Source: Amoebidium appalachense (taxonomy: Eukaryota; Protista; Ichthyosporea). Taken from it: a stretch of 64,000 nt of DNA. Below are positions 27,638-40,007 of this stretch, piece by piece. Below the pieces are notes generated by a model. It searched no databases. It was not told the DNA's origin and was given only the letters and a program-made list of their open reading frames with translations. The position numbers were made by a program, and so were the translations under genes. The stretch lies in assembly GCA_963693365.1 (NCBI GenBank), contig CAVNZM010000011.1:6033921-6097920 (forward strand). The letters are read 5' to 3'. Each line of letters begins with the position of its first letter. The stretch's first letter is position 1.

Positions 27638-28441
27638 CCGCGCGCATCCCGCACACACACGCACACACACGCACACACACACACACACACACACGTGTGC
27701 TACGCCTACGGTTTTACTGCAGTTGAGGTCGTCGTGAGGGGAGAGGTAAGTTTTTCTCCTTCCTTACTGAACAGTTTGTGCACAATGCCAGCATATCCCC
27801 CATCCCCCCGCCCCCGCCCCCTCCCACCTCCTTTCTGACCTCTTCCCCCCCCCCCCCCCCCCCCCCCCCTCCCTGACGTTCTGTGTTTTAACTTGGTGTC
27901 TTCTCCAATATCCCAATCCTCTTATGCATACATCCTCCCCTTCCCCCCCCCCCCCCCCCCCCCTTCTTCAAGACGGGTGACCTACTCATGTTCAAGTGAA
28001 ACAGTATCTGAGTTGGGCTTCGTTAACGAGGGGAATAGGTCGAAACTCGGGTACTGTGGATGACGTGGGCCCCCCTGAGGATGGGCTCTGCTTATTATGC
28101 ATACTCTTTATGTATGGCTTGCATTCTGCATCGTGTTATCCGTTTGTTCTTGTGTACTTCGTACTTTTTGACGCATTCAACCCCCCCCCCCCCTTTCTTC
28201 CTCGGTCCTCCCCGCTCTCCTCACTTCAGGGGACCCACCACCACCACCACACCCCCTGGCTCACTTATCTAGCTCTATTTCCCCTCCCCATCCCGCCCCT
28301 CTCCCCCTTCCCCCCTCTGCTAATGACGATGCATACTTTGTGTGTTCTTTGCAATTTGCACAGTGTTGACGTCCGTCGTGCATGTGTGCTTCATACTCTA
28401 CGTTTGAGGTTTTTTTTTTTTTTTTTTTAGTGTGTGTGTGT

Positions 28442-28473
<32 letters not shown>

Positions 28474-28678
28474 GGGGGGGGGGGGGGTCTATGTGGTTGA
28501 TTATGGCTTAATTTTTACATTTTGTTTGAAGCGCGGTGATATGAATAGATGTGCTATTGTAATGTTTACAGTTGAATCACTTGCATGCCCATCTTACTGT
28601 TTATGGCCAATATTGCCTCCTTTGGTTAGCGAATCTGATGCTACAATACATTTGTATGATCTGCAACCCGTTTCTGTC

Positions 28679-28720
<42 letters not shown>

Positions 28721-29712
28721 TTCCCCCCCTTCCCCCCCTCCCCTCCCCTCCCCCCGGTCCTTCCCTACCATGTGATGGCCAATGCTGATACTTGACAGCC
28801 TTACCATGTATGGCTAATACCTGCCATTACCGGTCGGTGCATGCTGACAAACTTACCATACATGGCTAACACCTGCGGTGTCTGATTGGTGCAGGTTGAT
28901 GCCCGGACCGGGATGGTAGTGAACATCACGGACCTTAAGCGCTACATGCAGCAGGCGATAATGGACCCCATGGACCACCGCAATTTGGACCTCGATGTGC
29001 CTTACTTCAAGAACACGGTCAGGTGGGTGTGTGTGTGTTTGGGGGGGGGGGGGGGGGGGTATCCACTGATGGAAAAGTTGTCCATGCGTATACAGAAGCA
29101 AGGCAAACCGTCTGTGTGTGTGTGAGCGCACACAGACACACACGCGGGCGCGCGGGCGCTCCCACACACATACACAAGGCACACACACACAAACAAAGCC
29201 ACCCCACCCTTTTCCCTTCTGCCAGCTTATTGTTTATCCGTGGTATACAAAAAACGAATTAGGCACACGCAAATTCCCTTGCACGAGCTTCGACTTCTCC
29301 CCTCCTCACCCCCCCCCCCCCCCCCCCCCCCCTCCCACGGCCTAGCCTTCCCCCACCTCACGCTTCCCTTTTACTTTCCTTCTCACCTCTTACCCTTCAC
29401 CCGTCTCCACCTCATCTTCTCTTCCCCTTCCCCTTCTACCCCTCCTTCCCCCCCCCTTCTCCCCCTCACCCCTCACCCCTCACCCCACCGCCACCTCATG
29501 CTTCCCTTACCCCTCCCTTCTCCCCCACTTCTTTCCCATTTTTTTGCTGACTCTATCCACATGCTTTTTATTTCTCTCTTTGCAGCACGACGGAAAACGT
29601 TGCCATCTTCATGTGGGAAAACCTCTCCAAACTGTTCACGGGAGGCCCCCAGCTGTACGAGGTGAAGGTGTACGAAACAGACAAGAACATAGTTACGTAC
29701 AGGGGAGAATAG
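26536..29712 (+). CDS. PTS: 6-pyruvoyl-tetrahydropterin synthase
   Basis: Exons 26536-26704, 27723-27745, 28895-29022 and 29586-29712 join in frame: [71 protein letters not shown]. Confidence 0.97.
27967..28180 (+). mobile_element. Family B element in PTS intron 2 (sense)
   Basis: GACCTA (27979-84), GTT (28012-14), TAGGTC-GAAAC (28036-46), CTGAGGA (28075-81); ends cattcaa + C run. Confidence 0.9.
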
Positions 29713-29817
29713 TGTGTGTTCGCTTTGCGAGCATTTTTCGATTGTTGCTTTTTATTGATTTGGTACCTTGGAAAAGGTGTTTACTGCATCAGCAATATGC
29801 CTATTTAGGTTTTAAGT

Positions 29818-29851
<34 letters not shown>

Positions 29852-30138
29852 TTTTTCCCTCTCTCCTGTTTGTTGTTGTTACCGCTAATGTTACTTTTTA
29901 TCTATCGAAACGACCAGATGGTGCCTTGAAGATTTTGTTAAAAGGAAATTAGTGTTGGGCCAAGTTGTGTTGTACCCATTCTTTAACATATTCAGAGTTA
30001 ACACACATATGCACATATCTAGACACATGGGCGCATCGCTTGCGCACACGCTCCCAGAGAACGCTACACAAACAATCCCGCTGCACAACTTGCCCACACC
30101 ACACACACACACAGACATGCACACAAACACACAAACGT

Positions 30139-30171
<33 letters not shown>

Positions 30172-30668
30172 GATCATGTGCACGCGCACACCACCCCACC
30201 CCAGACAAGCGCACACTATCCACCCCCTTCTCCCCTCCCCCCTCCAAGCGCCCCCCCCTCCCCCCCCCCCCCCCCCCACCCCCCCAGACACGCACACACA
30301 CAGATGCACAGGCAGGCCCACAGAGATTCTATTGTCCCTGGAAGTATTCGGATTCGGTTGCACAGTTATATCCCATTGTAGGTGAAACGAGCGTTTACCC
30401 ATTGCAAAGAAATCAAGGATGTGTGTATCACATGATGTTATGAGAGCTGCAGTGAGAATGAATGGCCACCAGTGTTGAGCTGTCCACGTGCAGGGAGCTT
30501 AAAAAACTGAAGTGTTCTTTTTTCTTCAAATAAAATGTTGTTCAGGTCAATGGCAGCGTTGCATATGGTGGCGACGTATGGCAGCATGCGCAGCCCCCCC
30601 CCTCCCCCCCCCCCCCCCCCCCCCCCCCTCCCCGCCCCTCCTCCCTCCCCCCCCCTTCTCTGCGCAAT

Positions 30669-30766
30669 GCTGATGTTGCATACTTAATTACATGTTTTCC
30701 TTTGCATGTGTCCTGCACCATGCTTCTCATCGTGTATGTGTACTTCGTACCGGCTTCCGCATTCAA
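30669..30766 (+). mobile_element. Family A 3'-terminal fragment
   Basis: Matches the last ~100 nt of family A and ends cattcaa + C run. Confidence 0.85.
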
Positions 30767-32829
30767 CCCCCCCCCCTCCCCTCTACCCTACTCCATCGAT
30801 ACACACACGACGACCGTCACCACCACCACCACACAAACACACACACTTAACCCCCCCCCCCCCCCCCCTCCCCCTGTCCACCACCACCAATCTATGCATG
30901 TACCAACACTGCACCCTGTCCCTCCAATATGGCCAGAATACTTGGATAAACTAAGGTCTATCCAAGCATCGCTCCTACTTTAGTTCCTACGACAGAAGTC
31001 ACATGGCACTGTCTTGATTGCGCAAAACACGTTCCGATAACTTATAAATATAAGGTGGGAACGATTTGATCCCCATGCGACATATGCATCAGTGGGCCTT
31101 CAGGCCCCTTTAACGGGTGGCTTGCATTTCAGGCTCACGGATACACACTTGGTTGTGGTTTTTGGGTTTATACCTTAAGTTTTTATCTTTGGTGGTGATG
31201 TCATAATACCTATCATTAAAAACTGTACATGTGCTTTTTGGTGAGCGATCCAGGGCCTATACCTAGGGGCTCTCGTCGTACGGACCGATATCTGGCCTTC
31301 CCTCCTCCCAGGCCCCCCTCCCCACTTTTACCCTGCCCCTCGCTCCCCGTCCCCTCCCCCTCCTCCCCCCGGCTTGCCACCTTGCCACCCTTTCTCGTCC
31401 AAACGTTTGCCCTGCAACCCCCCCCCCCCCCCCCCTCCCCCCGCTCCCCCCCAGGCTTCTACCCGCTATACTGTGACCATCCCTCCTTGGCCAAATCGAA
31501 TGCAAACATACACATGGCAAGCATTGTGCACAACGAGTGCAGGCTTTGATACTTGCTCTGCAAAGTGTTGCCACTTGGGTGAGGGTCGAGGCTTCGTTTT
31601 ATTCGCGTAGGTGGCCCAGGGACACATGCATATATAGAGCAGCCTAGGATTTTCATTCTTTCGACAGGCAGGTGCACCTTTTGTATCAGGTACATAGGCT
31701 AATTATTTAATGCTCATTCATAAAAAGAATCGCGACTCAGGCTGAGGGGGACTCTTTACCTACAGGCAAGAAAGGCTATATTTACATACATATATAGCAT
31801 TCATTACTAAGTTATTGAAGAACTCTAAATTCAGTAGATTTGTTCCAGAAGTTGGCTGCAGCAGTGAGCCTCCACTAAGTTTCCAGCACGTGCAAGTCAC
31901 GTGCTGGCACTGTGCACGTGCTCTCACAGCCGCACGACGGTGGCTGCCCCCCGATGCTGTCGACACTTGGGGCAGCGGTGGCTGGTTGGGGTGGTCACGT
32001 TGCTGCATGGCTCACACATCACCATGTGCCCACACCCTGTGTTTTTTTCAAAGTTATTGAACGAATCCTTGCACCGACTATGATACATAAGCTCATGCAC
32101 TTCTGTGCTTCACACATATAGGTGCCAGAAACAATCACAGCACAAGTGGCCAAACACTGTGGGAGGACGTATAATATGATAATTATTGAACAAATCCTTG
32201 CTCACACTTCAAAACCCAAATAAATCATGGGGCACTTACCCAGACACCCACACAAGCATAAACTTGGCTGTAAACGAACCCCTATCAATCGATTTTTCAA
32301 TTCGACACATCCATTCCATTGCTGGACCATCATGCATGCATGGAAGTATTCTCAGGTGCAAGTATACCCCATCCCTCCTTCCCTCCCCCTCCCCCCCCCC
32401 CCTCCCCCCCCTCCTTCCCTCCTGCTCACTCTTGCACTAAACCTCGCCCACAATGCTACTCCCTGCAACCCTCACTCACTCATTCCACCTCTCTCCGCTC
32501 CTTGAAACAAGAACCCAAATGCGGAAGCCAGCATCTATATCATGGAAAAAACACGCCTTCAAAGAGCACCGAGGAAGGTTGGTCCGCGCATGCCACACAC
32601 ACCGCCTCCACCCGCACGCCAGCCAGGTGATTCGTCTTGACCAGGCGGGCAAAGTACTTGTTGTAGCTCTGTCCAACGTCTACATCTGTGTTTTTGCGGC
32701 ATATCATCCGGAACAGCCTTGCCCTCTCGTCTGGCGAAAAATCCAACAGAAATTTACGTGCCACCGCTGGGTCCGTCTGAACGAATTTCAGAACCCTGGT
32801 ACGTGAGCCCTTGACTGGTCGGGCCCGCC

Positions 32830-33040
32830 TAATTCTTTGAATTCATTCTGTAGGGGAAAAGCAAGGGTTAGAACACTGCACGTGCACGGACAGGGGTGGA
32901 GGGGCAGGGCAGGAAGGGGGGTGTCGCAGGAGGGGAAAGGTGGGTGGGGGACGAGGGGGGGGGGGGGGGGGGGGGAAGGGGGGCGGGGAAGGGACGGGTG
33001 CGGGACCAAAGGTGAAGGGGGGTGGAGAGGGGGGGAAGGT

Positions 33041-33072
<32 letters not shown>

Positions 33073-34307
33073 AAATGGATAAGGAAGGGGAAGCAAGCGA
33101 GGGGAAGGGGATGCAGGGAGATGTGCAACACGTGCAAGTGTTCTGCCCCACTGTGGGGTGTGGCCCCGTTAACGGCTGATATGCCAAGTACTCATACATG
33201 TCATCACGGTAGAACTTGTTACCGCTTGGGCAAAAGCCATGACCAGACTTTCATAAAACACACGCGGAACACGTGAGTGCTAACGAGGGCTCGTGCAGAT
33301 TTGCCCAGCGTCATTCAGCACGCAGGCGCACCAGGTCGGCTGGGTTCGGCATACAGTCACGCCCACAGCACATGCAAACACAGCAGCCAAGTAAGCTTGG
33401 CCACCCGCCCAACTTAAACCCACACAGGGGGGACCCTTGCCTTGTCTGTGGAGGCCGTTGGGGGCTCGGAAGGAATCACGATGTCGGCTGGCCCGTTGAC
33501 ATCCACTCTCTGTTGGCAAGCAAGTGTAAGAACACTGCACACACGGTTACATGGAGGGATGGAGACGGGGGGGGGGGATGCAGGGCAAACGTGGGGGGTG
33601 GGGAGAAAGGGGGGCAAGGTGGCAAGCCGGGGGGAAAGGGGGATGGGGGGGAAGGGGGGAGGGGCGGCATTGCAAAAGTGGGGAGGGGGGAGGAGGGAAG
33701 GCAAGCTGGGAAGCAGGGTGGGGGGGGGGGGGGGCAGAGGCCGCGGGGGGGGGGGGGGGGGGGGGTTGCACGAGGAAGGGGAAGCAGGTGAGGGGAAGCA
33801 GGGAAACATGCAACACAGGCGAGTGTTCTGCCCTACCATGGGGTGTGGCCCCGTGAACGGCTGATGTGCCAAGTACTCATACAGGCCATCACGGTAGAAC
33901 TTGTTACCGCTTGGGCAAAAGCCACGACCAGACTTTCATAAAACACACGCGGAACACGTGATTGCTAACGGGGGCTCGTGCAGATTTGCCCAGCGTCATT
34001 CAGCACGCAGGTGCACCAGGTCGGCTGGGTTCGGCATACAGTCACGCCCATAGCCCATGCAAACACAGCAGCCAAGCAAGCTTGGCCACCCGCCCAACTT
34101 AAACCCAAACAGGGGGTACCCTTGCCTTTTCCGAAGATGCCGTGGGGGACTTGGGGGGAGGTCTCGGCAGCTTGGTTGGCTTCTTGAAACCCATTCTCTT
34201 TTGAAAAGCAAGGGTAAGAACACTGTACGTGGTCAAAAGGGGAGAGGGGTGGAGGGGCGAAAAGACAGGGGAGGAGGGGGGCCAAAAGGAACGCTGTGTG
34301 TGTGTGT

Positions 34308-34343
<36 letters not shown>

Positions 34344-34830
34344 TGGGAGGGAGGATTTAACGAGGGAAGGAGGGAACGGGAGGGGAGGGGAGGAGGGGTT
34401 GCACGAGGAAGGGGAAGCAGGCGAGGGGATGCAAGGAATCATGAAACACAGTCGAGTGTTCTGCCCTACTATAGGGTGTGGCCCCGTGAACGGCTGATGT
34501 GCCAAGTACTCATACAGGTCATCACGGTAGAACTTGCTATCGCTTGGGCAAAAGCCACGACCAGACTTTCATAAAACACACGAGGAACACGTGAGTGCTA
34601 ACGGGGGCTCGTGCAGATTTGCCCAGCGTCAAACAGCACGCAGGCGCACCAGGTCGGCTGGGTTCGGCATACAGTCACGCCCATAGCACATGCAAACACA
34701 GCAGCCAAGCAAGCTTGGCCACCCGCCCAACTTAAACCCACACAGGGGGGACCCTTGCCTTGCCTGTAGGCCGTTCGGGCTTTGAAGGAGTCACGGGGTC
34801 GGCTGGCCCGTTGACATCCACTCTTTGACT
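32830..34830. repeat. Tandem array of three ~630-690-bp units (conserved ~360-bp block, variable ~70-bp segment, G-rich spacer)
   Basis: Conserved blocks at about 33085-33445, 33765-34125 and 34397-34760; the anchor gtgttctgccc recurs at about 33138, 33823 and 34456. Confidence 0.9.
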
Positions 34831-35936
34831 CTGACGGCTGCTTCTCGTTGACGATTTGAACAGGTCTTGGTCGGTAGCGCCGCCACTGGAGAAATTTTTG
34901 GAGACCGCACGCACGGCAATGTTGTTGACGGCAAGGCAAAGACAACACAGGTCGTCGCTGAGTGGTACCTTGGTGTGTGTTGCTTTCGTTCTGACGGTTT
35001 AAATGGCTGTGTCGCGCCAGCCGCTCACGGTCCTGGACTCCTGAGGACCTGGGTCCTCGAGTCACGGATCAACTTCAAGTTCAAGCCATTAATAGAAACA
35101 GATATCGATTGCTGATTGGTTGCTTTCGACGGAGGTGAGCAAGATCTGTCACGTGAGCCGCAAGCCGCGAGTTATTTGAAACAAATTTCAAGTTGTTCAC
35201 GTTGAGTTTCCCGTGAACCTTCAGCTATAAATTGAATATTGCAACCCTATTTTTGTATTATGGAGGGATACTGGTGTTTTCAGCAACGGAATCGCTGGCG
35301 GCGTTGAACTTTCAGTCTGAAGGTCGTGCTTTCTTATCAGTGGGACATTCGAATGAGCCTATGCAAAGTTTGCAACCAATCACAGCAAGTTACGATAAGA
35401 TCTACTGTAAAGACCTTCCCAGGGCATGCAAATGTTTCTGTTTAGGCTGCACCCCAGCGTGGCACAGTTATACCAGGAAAATCTTGAGAAAATCACTGGT
35501 AAATGTGAAAAAGCAACAAGTATAGGTATTTTACAGATATGTGTTTCGATATTCATGAACGGTACCGTCCCCATCCTGTCAACCCCATGCCACGTCAGGA
35601 CCAAGCCCGTGCTCACTCTCCCGCTTTCAAACCCGTCTACGTCACCCTTGGCTCGCGGCCCAAGGCCTCCTAAATTAATAGCACACCCGGCCCCATCTCG
35701 CAGATCAAGCAATTGCAAGATTTTCGGGCGGCTCGAGCTGAGCGATCATCAGCAAGTTCGTGTTCGTGTTCGCCGTTTGAACCAACCTGTCAGTGTCAGT
35801 GCACATGTGGTGGGTACAAAAACCGGCTCCGGCCTTCCTCGTTTCACTTACTTGAGCATCTTTCTCCCACTTGTTTCATTTCCCACCATTTACCCCTAGG
35901 CCTTGTTACTCCGGTCACCAAGAACGTCTCAGCAAG

Positions 35937-38779
35937 ATGGCTACCGCCACTTCTCCCTCCACGGCTTTTCCCGACTGCCCCATTTGCTTTGAGCCCTACT
36001 CACTGTCCAACTACCCCATCCTCACCCCCTGTGGCCACAACCTGTGCTCTTGCTGCCTCTCCACGCTACAGGAAACCACATGCCCTACTTGTCGTACACA
36101 AATCCCTATGAATTTGCGCGACCTTGCTCAAGCTTTCTCCAAAACCCATGAAAACAAAACACGAAACACCGAGAACCCAGAGACAACGTATTCTGCCGTT
36201 CCACGCTGCCCCATCCACCACAAAAAGCTGCATTCATGGTGTGTAAACCACAAACAGATTGTTTGCGCACACTGCAAGGAGTCACCCGAACATGGCAGCT
36301 GCGAGGTAAAGCCCAACACGGAGATGGACAGAGAGATAGAGACGTTGGTGACACATGTGGGCAAGATTGTGCAGGCAGCGGAGAGGGAGAGAAGGGAGGT
36401 GGCTAAGATGGTGGAGGGACACTTTGAGGATGCGGTGAAGACGGTGGAGAGAGTCTGCGAGGCTGCAAAGGGGCAGCTAAACCAGGTGTGTGCATGGGAT
36501 GTGTATCATATATGTACCTCTGGGTCATTTTATATATCGATATCCATACACTGTTGCGCTTTACATACATATGCATTGTTGTAGAAGCAAAAGTTTGGTA
36601 TTGCATGATTTATTATTGGTGGGTATACATACATACATGGCTACACACGGAGCCTTGTTCGTGTTCGTTTTTTGTGGGTGTGCTCTTTTGCTGCAGGGGG
36701 TTTACGCACTATGTATTGCAGCGAACATCGTCAGGGGCCCAGCCTCACTTGACGGCCTACTGCGTTTTCCAGCGCAGCCAATCAAATGCAGCTAGTGACT
36801 TATGTACACGGTATGCAATAAAACAACTCTAGTATATTATGGATAAACAGAAGCTAGCATTGGTATCTCCGAGAGAAAGTTAAGACACCGTATCACAATA
36901 TCATACTGTGCAGCATTAATAAGGTGATCTAACACGGTCATTTTATAACGGATATACTGGGGGAGAGAAGTAGAAAAGAGAATAAAGCCGCCCATAGCCT
37001 CCGGTTCTACCACCTTAGCTAACAGGTCGCACTTATCGGTCGATATATATGCATCCGCGAGTACACATATTACACATACGAGCAGGAGACACCAAAAACC
37101 GATCGATTACAACGCCAAGACATAATCATCTTTGAATATCTATACGACACAACACCATGAATAAACGAATCTATATAGGATCGAGATTGTCTAACCGTAT
37201 CGGCCATATAGGCTACTAGAAGTTGGTGTTTTTGCTGACCTAACACTGGGAGGGACTCGACACGTAAAGTAAAAAGGTATCTATCAGCCATAGACTTAAA
37301 ACTATTCATAGTCACACTATGGTCCAGCCGTACCTCCGGTGGAGTCGCCAGCCACTCCGCATATTGCTCGACAATGGGCAGAGACGATGTGGACGGGAAG
37401 AGGTAGAGGGGCGAGTCCGACGGGGATGCGTGTAGCCGGAAGGAAGAGTGGATGGGTCGGGGCAATGGCGGATAGGCGGGTGATGTGCTCGTGAAATTTA
37501 AGGGCTAATTCGTGTAAGCGTTGTGATGGTAGTGTGAGTGTGTATAAAGAATCGAAAAGGCGTCTAGAAATAGGTGTGGAAAGGCCAGTAAGAAACGTAC
37601 AACAAGTTGTGTAGTGGAAGTCATCCAGTGATTGGAGAACATTTGCAACGGTATCAGGGGGTGCCATAGCTAATAAAGGCAACCCGTACTCAGACAAAGG
37701 GCGAATAAAGGTGCAAAATATACTAAGACGGTTGTGTAATTGTACAGTAGTAGAAAGATTAGCAAGATACACATCCCTAAATAAACGAAGACACCTGCCT
37801 GCACTCTCCACCCGACGGTCGACCATTCGTTTGAAACATGCAATAAGTTACATAGTTTTTCTTAGGCTTTACTTATTTATTAAAACCATTCATGGCAGGT
37901 ACCGTGACATAAAAATGTGTGTCCTATATATTTATGGTTGGTACGTCACGGTGCACGCTGAAAAAGCACGTGTCTTGTATGTCAGTTATTCACAGGATTA
38001 CTCCAAGGTTGCAGGCGATTTCTGTTGGTCACTTGATCCCTTTTCAATAGTATGAGCTTTATTCATCAGCTTTCGTATGGTTTACAAGGCTTTTTATTCA
38101 TTTTGACCAATCTCTGCAGGCACGCGCAACCTATCTCGCCAAGATCGACAAATACATAGACGACAAACTGAGCGCATACACCCAGTTGACCAATGAGCTT
38201 GCACCTATGGACACAGCCGCCCGCCGCCCGCTCGCAGAAAACCTCAGAAAGCTCAAAAACGACATGTGGGAGAGGACTATTGTCACAGACACCCAACAAA
38301 AGTTATCGGGATTGGCCTTTTCAGACTGGTGTGACCTCGTGTGTATTTCTTCTCAAACATGGGGGGAAGGCGTCAAAATCAAACTCACTGCCAGTTGCAA
38401 GACGTGTGGTCATGTGCCCCCTGCGATCTCGTATTTTCTCTCGGCCAACATCAACTCGGGTAACATTCGGTCGGAGATTCAAGTTCAAAATGGAACAGTC
38501 GTTTTTAAAGCAAGCCACCCCATCAAGGCTCTTGGCGAGGCGTGCAAACAGGCTCACACTTGTCACGGGAAATTCATCCAACGGAGCAACCTGGAAGACA
38601 GTAAGGAGCACGTGCACGTCGACGCCCCTGCGCATTACCCTGGCTATGGCCGGTACTCAGCCAATGGATATGCTACGGATGTCATGAAGTGCACCCGTAC
38701 GTGCGAGGGGGAGGTGGAGGTTAGGTGCGAGGTGGTGGACAAGGATGGGCGTCCAATGGGGATCGAGTACGTGTTTTAG
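35937..38779 (+). CDS. RING / B-box / coiled-coil (TRIM-like) protein, about 402 aa
   Basis: Exon 35937-36485 has a C3HC4 RING (CPIC..PCGHNLCSCC..CPTCR), a B-box2-like motif (CPIH..WCVNHKQIVCAHC..H) and a helical region; it splices in phase 0 (GT at 36486, AG at 38118-19) to exon 38120-38779. Confidence 0.85.
36822..37837 (-). mobile_element. 5'-truncated, frameshifted LINE ORF2 fragment in the RING gene intron
   Basis: RLSIFCTFIRPLSEYG matches the post-RT 'IRPxLEYG' motif of non-LTR retrotransposons; flanked by a 9-bp direct repeat atgcaataa (36813-36821, 37838-37846), a candidate target-site duplication. Confidence 0.75.
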
Positions 38780-38836
38780 GAAATGTCTGGTAGTGGGTTC
38801 AGTGGGTGCTGGTGGTGGTGGTGTTTTTTTTTTTTT

Positions 38837-38884
<48 letters not shown>

Positions 38885-39842
38885 ATGAAATGCCGAATCG
38901 GTTGGTGTAAGCAAAACTTAACAGCAAGCTTGCAATTAGAAAGGTATGATTGAAAAATGAGCCCGTTTAGCTGCGCGGGTCATATGCCCTGTTCTTTCCT
39001 TTGATACCTTTCTTAATGCCGTAAGAAATTGCGAGGCTCTTTTGGAATCATTGTAGGCAAAGCAAGCAGGGTATAATTATTGAACGGTTGTGCATGTATT
39101 TTAAATATACATACAATGCTGCTCGTTTCAGAGGCCTAAGCTATATTTGCGGTTGTGGCATATCTGCATCTGGGGGCTGTAACTAGGGTCGGATACAGTT
39201 TTTGACTTGCCTGTGGCTGTGTTTGTGTGTGTGTGCGGGGGGGGGGGGGGGGGGGGGGAGGGGTGGGGGATGGGAGAGAGGGGGGCTGGGGGGGGGGGGG
39301 GGGAGGGGGGGGGGGGGGGGCAGGCGGAAGTGGGGAGATAAAAAAAATTGTTGTTATAAATCATGACAAGCCTGAAAATCGACATTCTTTTTATCCGTTT
39401 GCAATCTGCTATGTGCAATAAATTTGTTGGTGTTGCTTAGGCCTGTTCTCAATACCTGCCAGGCATTAAGAGCCCGTTGAGCAGCAATAGTTCTCCCTCA
39501 CTCCCTCCCTCCCTCGCTCCCTCTCCCCCCCCCCCCCCCCCCCCCCCCTCTCCCTTCTCCCTCTCCCTCTCCCTCTCCCTCTTTCCCTCCCTCTCTCTCC
39601 CTCCCCCCCCTCCCTCCCTTCCTCCCTCCCTTCCTCCCTCTTATCTCTCTCCCTCCCTCCCCCTCCCCCCCTCTCGTCTTCCCCTCCCTCCCCCCTCCCT
39701 CCCTCTCCCTCCCCTCCCTCTCTCTTTCCCTAGATCTCTCTTCACCCCTCCCCCCTCCCCCCCCCCCCCCCCTCCTCCCTCTACCCCCTCCAAAAACACC
39801 TTTCTCGCAGTGTTACATTTTTGTATGTGTAACCAGGGGGGG

Positions 39843-39902
39843 ACTGTTCTGACACCCAGGAAGCTTGAGCATACTGTTCTGACACCCAGGAAGCTTGAGC
39901 AT
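39843..39902. repeat. 30-bp direct tandem duplication
   Basis: actgttctgacacccaggaagcttgagcat twice. Confidence 0.9.
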
Positions 39903-39948
39903 ATGGTGTGAGGTATGTGGGACCGCGCCGGTGTGTTTCGTGGTGCTT

Positions 39949-40007
<59 letters not shown>

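Noticed and set aside
28036-28046. Pol III B-box / tRNA-derived SINE reading of GGTCGAAAC
   Set aside because: No A-box or cloverleaf, and the GGTC part covaries with an upstream strand, so it behaves as a helix.
28795-28880. Short imperfect repeat ttaccat(g/a)(t/c)atggctaa(t/c)acctgc
   Set aside because: Two to three local copies near a PTS branch point; no evidence of independent function.
35871-36584. Single-exon 237-aa RING ORF from the track
   Set aside because: Better modelled as starting at ATG 35937 and splicing at 36485 to 38120; the ORF tail is intron read-through.
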